The position numbers were made by a program, and so were the translations under genes. Below are positions 19,293 to 27,956 of a stretch of 59,985 bases of DNA, in pieces; position 1 is the stretch's first letter; every line of letters starts with the position of its first letter. The stretch spans positions 1 through 59,985 of the forward strand of contig JAILIV010000008.1 in NCBI GenBank assembly GCA_024695105.1, read 5' to 3'. Under the pieces are notes generated by a model. The model did not search any database. It was not told the DNA's origin and was given only the letters and a program-made list of their open reading frames with translations. This stretch comes from Bacilli bacterium. GTDB taxonomy: Bacteria > Bacillota_I > Bacilli_A > RFN20 > CAG-826.

Positions 19293-20543
19293 TTAGTGTT
19301 TTTTGTTATAGGGAACTTCGTAAAGAAGGATGTCTTCGCCACTTTCCTGACGCTGGTAAAGGAATCCGTTTTTGGAATAGAAGTGGGCGTTATTCGGATC
19401 CACCTCAAACCATTGCAGGGCATAGCAACGGTCGAACGCGGCCTTGCCGATGAACGCGACTTTGGGGCCGATGTGGACCCGTTTGAGGTTATGGCAACGG
19501 TAGAATGCGCTGTTGCCGACGTGCTCGGCCTCAATATGGATTTCCTCAAGCCCTTCGCAGGTGGAGAATGCCTCATCGCCGATGTAGTCGAACTGCGCGA
19601 TGTCGATGTCCACCAAATTGGTGCAGCACATGAACACCGCGTCCCAACAGAGGATCTTATCGCTATTGGCGTTGGGCGTGTTTTTGAACGAGCGCAAGTT
19701 GGCGCAGTGATAGAAGGCGTAGTCGTTGAGCGAATGGGCGGCGACGTGGGCGGAAAGCAGGTTGGCGCAATTGGAGAAGGCGCAGCGTCCCATCGCTGTC
19801 TTCGCGTTGGGTTTTGTTTTGAAAGCATCCAAATCCTCCAGTTCGATGGATTCGATCATCGGATCGGTGGGGTAGTCCGCGTAATACCATCCCTTTTCCT
19901 TATATGAGGTCCAAATCTTGGGTAACTCCATGGTGGAGGAGCTGATTTTCTCATATCGTTGTTTGGCGTCCATGCTGACGGGCAAAAACAATACGGAAGG
20001 CGGGAAACAGGATTTAATGAATTCGGCACGCTCTGGGTCGATGGCAACGCCGTTTTCGAGAAGGATATCGACCATCTCGCAGGCCCCGAAGACCTTGCCT
20101 TTGACGCTTTGCCCTTTGTGGGTGTAGTCGGAAGTCATCGGAAGGTTCAGGGAGAAAATGGCTTTGCCATGGTTCTTGGCGTATTCGAGTTCGTCAAAGA
20201 CGGCGTCGGAAAGAAGGGAGGTCTCGGATACGTAGAACAAAACGCCACGGCATACGGCGGGTCCCATGAATTTGTTCGCGACGTCGCGCCAATCCCTGCC
20301 CGCGGGGATGCCGCGGTCATACCAAAGATTCAGCCCGTTTTCCTGTAAGGCAAAGATGTCGCGGTAGACGAGTTTGTAGTCTCTGTGGGAATAGGAAACG
20401 AAGTAATAGTCCCTCGAGTGGACGGGAGGAAGATAGGAAGGGGGAATCATCGAGAGGTCGTTGGTTTCGATGATGCCTACCTTGATCTTGGTCTGGTCGG
20501 GGACGGGGAGGCTTTGTAGTAACTCAAGCGAGATGAAATCCAT
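19293..20543 (-). CDS. TIR-domain protein with C-terminal BspA/LRR_5 repeats
   Basis: TIR motifs YFVSYSHRD, LWYDRGIPAGRDW and SDAVFDELEYA (conserved Glu); C-terminal AFSNCANL/AFYHCANL/AFSTCEGL/AFYRCHNL/AFDRCYAL repeats. Confidence 0.88.
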   Translation of the reverse strand: MDFISLELLQSLPVPDQTKIKVGIIETNDLSMIPPSYLPPVHSRDYYFVSYSHRDYKLVYRDIFALQENGLNLWYDRGIPAGRDWRDVANKFMGPAVCRGVLFYVSETSLLSDAVFDELEYAKNHGKAIFSLNLPMTSDYTHKGQSVKGKVFGACEMVDILLENGVAIDPERAEFIKSCFPPSVLFLPVSMDAKQRYEKISSSTMELPKIWTSYKEKGWYYADYPTDPMIESIELEDLDAFKTKPNAKTAMGRCAFSNCANLLSAHVAAHSLNDYAFYHCANLRSFKNTPNANSDKILCWDAVFMCCTNLVDIDIAQFDYIGDEAFSTCEGLEEIHIEAEHVGNSAFYRCHNLKRVHIGPKVAFIGKAAFDRCYALQWFEVDPNNAHFYSKNGFLYQRQESGEDILLYEVPYNKKH

Positions 20544-20549
20544 AAATTG

Positions 20550-20578
20550 ATTTTATGTAAAATTCGTGTCGCGGACAA
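20550..20578 (-). promoter_or_regulatory. Sigma-A promoter of TIR-LRR, probably giving a leaderless mRNA
   Basis: Minus strand TTGTCC-17-TAAAAT, then 6 nt to ATG 20543; no Shine-Dalgarno. Confidence 0.55.
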
Positions 20579-20673
20579 CGCCTAAGCAGGGGCGCGCCAA
20601 AGGAAAACGATGCACGTATCCTCTATGTATCGCCACTTCGTGCATTCTTTGCGGGAACCATTAATATAGGTAT

Positions 20674-21618
20674 ATGCCCGTGGTTCTCGATTTCGCTCTG
20701 AACGTTCAATATGGGAACTTCTTTTACTTCCTTCCGCTTGTTTTGACCGTGCTTTTCACCGTCATTGGTTCCATCCTTTGCGTGAAACTAGGGCAGAAGT
20801 TCACCAAGATTCTGGTGTCGGTGACGTTATGGATTAGCTTTGCGATCCATTTCTTGATGGTGTTCACCCCATATTATTGGCAAGGCGTCCCCGATAGCGC
20901 GGTGGTCATCGCCCTTCCCAATGTCTGCGCGGTCTACGTCGTCATCGCGCCGTTCGTGTTCCATTTTGGCAACGCGTATTGGAAGGACTACTTGTATTAT
21001 GGCGGCGTGCTTGCCGGGCTTCTTGCGATGGTGGTTTTCCCCACGCCGATCGTTTCCGCAGAGTCGACTAAGACGTTCGCAGACACGACGTATTTAATAG
21101 AGACAATTCGGTATTACTTAGTGCACGCCCTCATTGTTTTTGCCCCTGTGTGGATGTTGGTGGGCAAGGTGCATACGCTAAATTATCGACGCCTTTGGGC
21201 GGTTCCGCTGATGTTCACCGCGCTTCTTACCGTCACGGTCCTTAACGGTATGTTCTTCGGCATGGTGGTGAAGCACCCCTGGTTTCCCCATGAGTTCATT
21301 GGGCCGGATGGTTTGTTTAATCGATATGGCCCCCACAACGGAACGGCGAACCAATCGATGGCGTATGGCCCCGGCCCAGATAAGGACGCGGCTTTATCCT
21401 GGCTTTACCCCTACACGATCCCTTATTTGCAAACGTATTACTACGGGGACCAATTGCTGTTCGTCCCCGTGATTTGGGTTATGCCATACCTTTATTTGGG
21501 CGTGGCTTTGATGGGCATTCCGCTCGCATTGCCGTTCGATTATCGTCGCATTGGCGGGGACTTCGCTTCCTTTGGCCGAAAAGTCGGGTCTCTATTTCGA
21601 AAGAAAGAAAAAGAGTAG
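20674..21618 (+). CDS. YwaF/TMEM164-like integral membrane protein
   Basis: Multiple TM helices; LPNVC and YYLVHALI motifs resemble the family's LPLHLC and Y...H motifs. Confidence 0.55.
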   Translation: MPVVLDFALNVQYGNFFYFLPLVLTVLFTVIGSILCVKLGQKFTKILVSVTLWISFAIHFLMVFTPYYWQGVPDSAVVIALPNVCAVYVVIAPFVFHFGNAYWKDYLYYGGVLAGLLAMVVFPTPIVSAESTKTFADTTYLIETIRYYLVHALIVFAPVWMLVGKVHTLNYRRLWAVPLMFTALLTVTVLNGMFFGMVVKHPWFPHEFIGPDGLFNRYGPHNGTANQSMAYGPGPDKDAALSWLYPYTIPYLQTYYYGDQLLFVPVIWVMPYLYLGVALMGIPLALPFDYRRIGGDFASFGRKVGSLFRKKEKE

Positions 21619-21638
21619 GGGGTCGTTTCACTTGGCCC

Positions 21639-21667
21639 TTGCCCGAAATCGTGCCGAAAAGGATAAT
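21639..21667 (+). promoter_or_regulatory. Sigma-A promoter upstream of the riboswitch
   Basis: TTGCCC-17-GATAAT. Confidence 0.55.
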
Positions 21668-21670
21668 GTC

Positions 21671-21817
21671 CCCGTCCATAAAGAGAGTGGCGAGGGACAA
21701 GCCCGCTGACCCACCGGCAACCTGCCTAACGCAGACAAGGTGCCAAAGCTTGCATGATGGGAACGATAACCAAGGATGATTCGGCTCCCGTCATGACGAT
21801 GGGAGCCTTTCTTCTTT
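21671..21817 (+). promoter_or_regulatory. SAM-I-family riboswitch (P4-less, SAM-I/IV-like) with terminator expression platform
   Basis: Ordered core motifs AAGAG...GAGGGA...GCCC...GA...GGCAACC...GGTGCCAA; terminator GGCTCCCGTC/GATGGGAGCC (21783-21807) plus T tract; antiterminator CATGATGGGA (21753-62) pairs with TCCCGTCATG (21786-95). Confidence 0.75.
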
Positions 21818-21844
21818 GTGGACGAAAACCAAAGGAGAAAAGCA

Positions 21845-22693
21845 ATGCTATCTATTGATCACGGAGTGCTCCGCGCTTATCTGAAGACCGATTTTGGGTC
21901 CATGATGCGCTACGTGAGTACCCATCCAGAACTCAAACATTATGTTCGTTTTGTTCAAGTGGCGACCCATCGCCACATCAGCATCGACCGCGCTCCGGTC
22001 AAGTCCACCCTTTTCATTCATTTGGAGAGGGAGGATTTCACCATCGAGGAGTTTGACGCGTTTTACAAAACCGCGATGGTCGATGACGCGAAATGCGTGG
22101 TGGACCCCACAAGGACGCGGAGGAGTTTTTCGGATTGTTTTTTGGTTCGGTTTGAGGACGGGCATGGGAACAGGGACCCGTTGGGTAAGGTTCCAGATGG
22201 ATTGGTGTCCTATCTGAAAGGAAAAGGATTCAAATGCAAAAGCGGGTGCGGCTATTGGGGTTGCCCTTGGTATTACGTGGACATCACGCGAAGGATCTTT
22301 TACCCTGGGCGCCCCGGGGTATGTTATGCGGAAGTCATTGGGGACCGTTCCATCTCCTTTGAGGAATTTAAGGAAATCCTTTCCATCTACGAACGTTACG
22401 ATCCAGACGACCCCATTTTAGCGACGCGGAAGAAGGAACCCATCCAAGCGATCATCGAAACCTCTTCCTATGAAAAGAGAATGGTCTTGGCAGGGTTTAT
22501 AGAGGGGCGGTTCCCCTCCACCAAAACGACGTTTTTCGAAACGGAGGGGCACCACAAAGGGGCGTGTAGGGTCGTTTTTGAGGAAGGGAGGGCGTTTGGA
22601 ATCGTCGGGGCGGCGGTTTCCAAAGACCTTCTTCGCTGGGGGTATCGGCGTTTTGGAAGCGTCGAGGCTTTCGTAAACGCGTTATCGCAATGA
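21845..22693 (+). CDS. Hypothetical protein downstream of the SAM riboswitch
   Basis: AAGGAG RBS before ATG 21845; Cys-rich KCKSGCGYWGCPWYY segment; no family recognised. Confidence 0.6.
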   Translation: MLSIDHGVLRAYLKTDFGSMMRYVSTHPELKHYVRFVQVATHRHISIDRAPVKSTLFIHLEREDFTIEEFDAFYKTAMVDDAKCVVDPTRTRRSFSDCFLVRFEDGHGNRDPLGKVPDGLVSYLKGKGFKCKSGCGYWGCPWYYVDITRRIFYPGRPGVCYAEVIGDRSISFEEFKEILSIYERYDPDDPILATRKKEPIQAIIETSSYEKRMVLAGFIEGRFPSTKTTFFETEGHHKGACRVVFEEGRAFGIVGAAVSKDLLRWGYRRFGSVEAFVNALSQ

Positions 22694-22712
22694 CGCGCAG
22701 GTTGATTCCGTT

Positions 22713-22741
22713 TTGCATATGCGCTTGCGAGAGCATAGAAT
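22713..22741 (+). promoter_or_regulatory. Sigma-A promoter for the tRNA-mimic RNA / TerD-domain gene
   Basis: TTGCAT-17-TAGAAT. Confidence 0.7.
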
Positions 22742-22757
22742 GATTTCGCCGCCTGAT

Positions 22758-22925
22758 GAGGGTAGGGCGACGGGGTGGGCAACGTCCGCCCTGAGTACGA
22801 GACCATACTTATTTCTTTGGAAAATAACCTGTAGGTCGTTGGTTCGAGTCCAACCCCCGCGACCTTCGCGGGGTAGCTCAGTGGTCAGAGCGACATAGAG
22901 TTGGTCCTTCTCCACCCTCTTTTTT
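22758..22925 (+). ncRNA. Circularly permuted tRNA-mimic RNA (YrlA/Y-RNA-like)
   Basis: Variable loop AGGTC, T-arm GTTGG-TTCGAGT-CCAAC (22838-54), acceptor 3' strand CCCCGCG, ACCTT linker, acceptor 5' strand CGCGGGG, D-arm GCTC-AGTGGTCA-GAGC (22876-91); no anticodon loop; 5' and 3' ends pair (GAGGGT/ACCCTC) and are followed by a T run. Confidence 0.75.
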
Positions 22926-22944
22926 AGCAACAAGGAGGAACGCG

Positions 22945-25110
22945 ATGACCATTATTCAAAAAGTCCTTTTGGATAAGAACTTGGTTTGTCTTTCCAAAAA
23001 GAAGAACGAAGACGCCAAGAAGTGCGCGTATTTCAACGCGTTCCTTTTGACTAATTTCGGGATCGAGGTCACCAACCCCGAATTCGTGGATGAGCATACC
23101 GTCGCCTTTTTCAACGAGGTTCTTCATCTACGCGTCCCCGAGCCTTTTTACGCCAACCCGCAGGACACGAAGTACTTCGAATCCGAAGAGCTTTTGCTAG
23201 AGAAGGTGGTTTCCTATTACCTTGGCTACGGCACCGCGTTAAAGCGGGTGGAGTTATTCCAGAAAGCGTTGCCCCGTGAATACGTTATCGGCACCGAAAT
23301 CCATCCGCGGACCTACACCATCGTCGAAGAAGGGGAAGTCCGTGACGCGATCGAAGGCATCGCCTGCGACTACGCTTCCTATAAACGTCCGTTTGCCGAA
23401 GAGGAAGAAGTGATCTTCGGCTATCTTTACGAGAATGGCTATTACCCCAAGGACGGGGAAATCGCCTGTCGGGACAATATCTTTCCTCTATTGGAAAAGC
23501 ACCCTGAACTCGCAAAGCGCCTCGACAAAAAGGACCTGGTGAAACTGTCTCACATGTTCTTTGGATTGCGGTCGAAAGGCTTATCCCGTTTGTCGGAGAA
23601 TAGTCCACATTACCAAAAGAAAGTGGAGGTTCTCTCCTCTTGCCTTCCCTTTGTTCGGGATTGCTCCTTGAGCAAACGCCAGGCCAAACACTTTAATGTC
23701 ATCGTGCGCATGTGCACGGGCAAAAAAGGCAAAGAGGACCATTTGGATTCCCCCTATCGCATCTTGCACCGCCATATGCGCAAGGGACACACCGTCTCCG
23801 CCACGAAGGCCATCGCGGATAGGGGAAGCGTTTTGACGCGGAACCTCGTCTACATTCTTTCCCGCGTCAAAGATGAGAAAGAGGCCGAGGAGATCCTGTC
23901 TTTTGTAAGCGATGGCAACGAAAGCGTCTTTTTGCAGTTATACCGTCACCTGTCGGACCATGGCGAAAGAGGGGAACGCACCTTCATCTATCCCAAAATC
24001 GGTAAGGGCAAGGCTTCGTCGGGTTCGAGTTTGCTTCATGACTTTGAGTCGATCATCCAGTCTCCCGCCCCGGATGGGTTGGCGGAGATCATGGAGCGCA
24101 TGAAAGAGCGCGCGGAGCTCGCCAAACAAAGGGAGCAAACCCGCGACGAGCGGCTTTATAAGCCGGTCCTTCACGTCTATAACGAACGGGAGGACCAAGT
24201 GCGGAACCGCAAGTCGGTGCTTTCCGACGCCATGCGGAAGAAAGTGCTCTCGCTCATTTACCAGAGATTGGAAAGCCATTATTCCAAATTGCCCTCCTTA
24301 GGGAAGATTTACGTTTCCAAGGAATTCAAAAACGTGGCGGTCCCGCTAAACACTTCCCAAATGGGAAAGGGGCTCGACATTTTGCCTCCGGGAAGCCGGA
24401 TCCCGTTCACCTCTTCGTTCATCCGCGTGTTCTGCCATTGGGCGGGGATCCGCGACATTGACGCGAGCATCGTGGCCTTTAAGCCGATCCAAAAGGGAAA
24501 GAGCCGTTTCCACGTCGACGTTTTCAATTGGCGGAACTACCATAACTTCCCTTTGGGAAAGACGGTGCTTTGCTCTGGAGACGACACTTCCGAAAACGGA
24601 GTCGAGTACCAAGACCTTGATTTGGATGGGTTGGAAAGGCGCGGCATCACTTATGTCGCGGCCTGCATCAACGGTTATGGCGGTCCGTTCAACAAAGGCG
24701 AAATCTACCAAGGGCTGCAGTTGAAGGAAAACCTCGACACCGTTCCTTGGGATCCCAAGAACATCGAGTTCCAAATGCGTATCATTGGCGATACCCGCGC
24801 CTTCGTCGCCTTTGCGGTCGACCTCAAAAAGAGGGAGTTGATTATCATCAACCAGCACTGCACCGGTGGCACGATCGTTGGGGACAGCCAAATCCGGTTG
24901 GCCGAGGCCTATCTTAATGACGAGGCCATTCGTTTCAACATGCACCGCTTGCTTTCTTTGATGGGCGAAGTGGTGAAAAACCCCGAGGAGGCCGACGTCG
25001 TCTTTGACCGGGATTATGTCTCGACCAAGGAGGGTCAAACCGTGGTCCGTCCTTACGATGTGACGGCCCTAGCGGCATACGTCGTACGCAAAAACGATAA
25101 GAAGGAGTAA
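22945..25110 (+). CDS. Large helical (Rot/TROVE-like?) protein with C-terminal TerD-like domain
   Basis: C-terminal [13 protein letters not shown]...DIDAS...[14 protein letters not shown] is TerD-like; N-terminal ~450 aa is helical-looking with an [15 protein letters not shown] motif; AAGGAGG RBS. Confidence 0.6.
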   Translation: MTIIQKVLLDKNLVCLSKKKNEDAKKCAYFNAFLLTNFGIEVTNPEFVDEHTVAFFNEVLHLRVPEPFYANPQDTKYFESEELLLEKVVSYYLGYGTALKRVELFQKALPREYVIGTEIHPRTYTIVEEGEVRDAIEGIACDYASYKRPFAEEEEVIFGYLYENGYYPKDGEIACRDNIFPLLEKHPELAKRLDKKDLVKLSHMFFGLRSKGLSRLSENSPHYQKKVEVLSSCLPFVRDCSLSKRQAKHFNVIVRMCTGKKGKEDHLDSPYRILHRHMRKGHTVSATKAIADRGSVLTRNLVYILSRVKDEKEAEEILSFVSDGNESVFLQLYRHLSDHGERGERTFIYPKIGKGKASSGSSLLHDFESIIQSPAPDGLAEIMERMKERAELAKQREQTRDERLYKPVLHVYNEREDQVRNRKSVLSDAMRKKVLSLIYQRLESHYSKLPSLGKIYVSKEFKNVAVPLNTSQMGKGLDILPPGSRIPFTSSFIRVFCHWAGIRDIDASIVAFKPIQKGKSRFHVDVFNWRNYHNFPLGKTVLCSGDDTSENGVEYQDLDLDGLERRGITYVAACINGYGGPFNKGEIYQGLQLKENLDTVPWDPKNIEFQMRIIGDTRAFVAFAVDLKKRELIIINQHCTGGTIVGDSQIRLAEAYLNDEAIRFNMHRLLSLMGEVVKNPEEADVVFDRDYVSTKEGQTVVRPYDVTALAAYVVRKNDKKE

Positions 25111-25114
25111 CCGC

Positions 25115-26047
25115 ATGAACATTCATTCTTCCATCCTCGACACCGTGGGTTCCACCCCGTTAGTGGAACTTTCCAACATTCGTTCAGAACTTGGTTTATC
25201 GGCGAAAATCATCGCAAAAATCGAGTCGTTTAATCCTGGTGGCAGCGCGAAGGACCGCATCGCCAAGGCCATGGTCTTGGATGCGGAAAGCAAAGGCCTG
25301 ATTGGAAAAGGTTCTACGCTTATCGAGCCCACCAGTGGCAACACGGGCATCGGCCTTGCCATGGTGGCCGCGAGCAAGGGGATGCATTTGATTTTGACCA
25401 TGCCCGAGACCATGTCGGTGGAACGCCGTAATTTGGTGAAAGCCTATGGGGCAGAGGTTGTTTTGACTCCGGGAAGCGAAGGCATGAAAGGGGCGATCGC
25501 CAAAGCCAACGAGTTGGCCAAGGAAATCCCCGGTTCGTTTATCCCGTCCCAATTCGCCAACCCCGCCAACCCCAACGCCCATTACCTTGCCACCGGACCT
25601 GAGATTTATTCCGACGCCGAAGGTGACATCGACATCTTCGTCGCGGGGGTGGGTACCGGCGGGACCATTTCCGGCGTGGGGAAATACCTGAAGGAACAAA
25701 AGCCATCCATCCGCGTGGTGGCGGTGGAACCTGCCTCCTCCCCCGTGCTTTCCAAAGGCGTGGCGGGCCCGCATAAAATCCAAGGCATCGGCGCGGGCTT
25801 TGTTCCGGACACTTTGGACACATCCATCTATGATGAGGTTCTTCCGGTCTCCAACGAAGACGCTTTCGCCTTTGGGCGGTTATGCGCCCGAAAAGAAGGC
25901 ATCCTCATCGGCATTTCCGGCGGCGCTGCGTTAGCCGCCGCAGTGCATTTGGCCAAGCGGGAAGAAAACGTGGGGAAGACGATCGTCGTCTTGCTTCCCG
26001 ATACGGGGGAGCGTTACCTCTCTACCGCTTTGTTCCAAGAGGAATGA
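25115..26047 (+). CDS. cysK: Cysteine synthase A
   Basis: [16 protein letters not shown] (PLP Lys), [24 protein letters not shown] and [10 protein letters not shown]. Confidence 0.96.
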   Translation: MNIHSSILDTVGSTPLVELSNIRSELGLSAKIIAKIESFNPGGSAKDRIAKAMVLDAESKGLIGKGSTLIEPTSGNTGIGLAMVAASKGMHLILTMPETMSVERRNLVKAYGAEVVLTPGSEGMKGAIAKANELAKEIPGSFIPSQFANPANPNAHYLATGPEIYSDAEGDIDIFVAGVGTGGTISGVGKYLKEQKPSIRVVAVEPASSPVLSKGVAGPHKIQGIGAGFVPDTLDTSIYDEVLPVSNEDAFAFGRLCARKEGILIGISGGAALAAAVHLAKREENVGKTIVVLLPDTGERYLSTALFQEE

Positions 26048-26144
26048 GCCATCACGAAACGAATTGGGGCTTATGCCCCTTTTCGTTTTGACCACTTTTT
26101 CATATCTTTTATAAAGATAAGGGCTTCGTGATACACTTAGGGTC

Positions 26145-26849
26145 ATGGAAAAGGCAGAACGGATTCCCAGCGTCGCAAAACATCGTGTTTTGATCGTGGA
26201 TGACGAAGACATCAACTGCGAGATCCTTTCCGTGATCCTTTCGTCTGAATTCGAGACGTTTTCCGCCCATAATGGGCAGGAGGCGCTTGATTTCTTGACT
26301 AAGCCCGATTCAAGGATTTCGGCGGTGTTGGTGGATTTATTGATACCGGTGATGGATGGCTTTACGTTTATGCGTGAGAAAGAGAAAATCGCCGCCATTC
26401 GCGGCATTCCCGTGCTCGTCTTGAGTTCGGAAGCGTCTTTGGAAGTCGAAAGTTTGCGTATGGGCGCTTTCGATTTCATCAAAAAGCCTTATGACTATCC
26501 CGAAATCATCTTGGCCCGCGTTCGCCGCATCGTTCAGCTCTACCAAGAGAGCGCGTTGATCGCCAGCACCAGCACCGATCCGCTGACGGGTTTATTCACT
26601 CAAAAGTATTTCGACCATTTCACCCTGGAGAAGGCGGAGCGAGGGGAGGATTTGGACGTCCTCGCTGCCCATTCGCTGAAGGGCGTGGCGGGGAACCTCG
26701 CCTTAACCAAACTCTATGGCGCCGCCTCCGCGCTTTGCGAGAAGACTAGAGACGCAAGCGGGGAAGCCTCGCTCGAAATCGTATCCGAGGCCAAAGAACT
26801 CTACGCCTTGCTTCGTTCCCACGTAGCCACCATCAAGGAGAATCTGTAA
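26145..26849 (+). CDS. Response regulator; apparent REC + GGDEF-start + Hpt-tail chimera
   Basis: REC domain (VLIVDD, LVDLLIP, DFIKKP), then DPLTGLF, then HSLKGVAGNL Hpt motif. Confidence 0.7.
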   Translation: MEKAERIPSVAKHRVLIVDDEDINCEILSVILSSEFETFSAHNGQEALDFLTKPDSRISAVLVDLLIPVMDGFTFMREKEKIAAIRGIPVLVLSSEASLEVESLRMGAFDFIKKPYDYPEIILARVRRIVQLYQESALIASTSTDPLTGLFTQKYFDHFTLEKAERGEDLDVLAAHSLKGVAGNLALTKLYGAASALCEKTRDASGEASLEIVSEAKELYALLRSHVATIKENL

Positions 26850-27953
26850 ATGCCTGAAGAAGCCTCTCAGCGGAAAAAAAGCGCGTTCATCCGCTTCCGC
26901 GACTATTTGATGAAAACGACGAACGGCATGGCCATCGGCCTTTTCGGCACGCTGATCATCGCCACGATTTTGGATCTTTTGGCCAAGATACCCCATATGG
27001 AGGGCGTTCTTGTTTGGACGGCCGTCTTAAAGTCCGTCATGGGCGCGGGTATTGGTCTTGGCGTCGCCCTTGCTTTAAAGAAAGATGGCGTGACCGCCGT
27101 GACGTTGATGGCTGCGGGCTTAATCGGCAATTACGCGTTCGTATGGACGCCTTACGCAGGCAATGTGGCGCAGTGGGACATCGTCCAAATGGGAGACCCT
27201 CTTTCTTGCTATGTCGCCGCGGTTTTGGCGGAAGTGGCGCTTCGTTATGTCATGCGAAAGAAGACACCCGTGGATTTACTTTTGATTCCTTTGCTTGGCA
27301 TTGGGACCGCGATGCTTTATTCCTTCTTGGCCGCCGAATGGGTCCATTACGTGACCATTGGCCTAAGTATCGTCATCGAGAAATCCTTTGCCGTCATCCC
27401 GTTCTTGATGTGTATCGTCATCTCGGTTTTGGTGGGCATGGCCCTTACCGCGCCGATTTCCTCCGTCGCCATTTGCGTGGCCATTCAGATTGGTGGCGTA
27501 CCTCTTGCGGCCGCCAGCGCGCTCATTGGATGCTGCGTTCAGATGGTGGGCTTTGCGGTCCATACCGCCCGCGACAACAAGTGGGGGTCGGTGCTGGCCG
27601 TGGGCATTGGTACCTCGATGCTTCAATTCAAAAACATCGTGCGGAAACCTATCGTGTGGCTTCCGACGATCATCGCTTCGGCCTTGCTTGGTCCATTGGC
27701 TATGCTTTTCCCGCTGGAGAACGCTACCGCGGCGACGAAATCCGCGCTTTCGGTAGGCGCTGGTATGGGTACTTCCGGGCTAGTGGGACCCATCAATTTC
27801 TTGTCGGCCCTAGGATTCGACAATTGGCTGCTTTGGGTGTTACTCGTTGCCATTATCGTAGGCGGAGGCCTATTGGTGTTTGGCCTAGATTGCGCCTTCC
27901 GCGCTTTCCACTGGATTGAGAAGGGGGATTATTCCCTGAAGTCGGAGATGTGA
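26850..27953 (+). CDS. PTS sugar transporter subunit IIC-like membrane protein
   Basis: NGMAIGLFGTLI, PISSVAI, GTSMLQ and GMGTSGLVGP motifs of the PTS_EIIC_2 family. Confidence 0.85.
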   Translation: MPEEASQRKKSAFIRFRDYLMKTTNGMAIGLFGTLIIATILDLLAKIPHMEGVLVWTAVLKSVMGAGIGLGVALALKKDGVTAVTLMAAGLIGNYAFVWTPYAGNVAQWDIVQMGDPLSCYVAAVLAEVALRYVMRKKTPVDLLLIPLLGIGTAMLYSFLAAEWVHYVTIGLSIVIEKSFAVIPFLMCIVISVLVGMALTAPISSVAICVAIQIGGVPLAAASALIGCCVQMVGFAVHTARDNKWGSVLAVGIGTSMLQFKNIVRKPIVWLPTIIASALLGPLAMLFPLENATAATKSALSVGAGMGTSGLVGPINFLSALGFDNWLLWVLLVAIIVGGGLLVFGLDCAFRAFHWIEKGDYSLKSEM

Positions 27954-27956
27954 TCG

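Noticed and set aside
22830-22895. Ordinary tRNA gene or two-piece tmRNA
   Set aside because: The halves are in reversed order with the acceptor closed by a 5-nt loop. There is no anticodon loop and no tag-peptide ORF or tmRNA-sized body.
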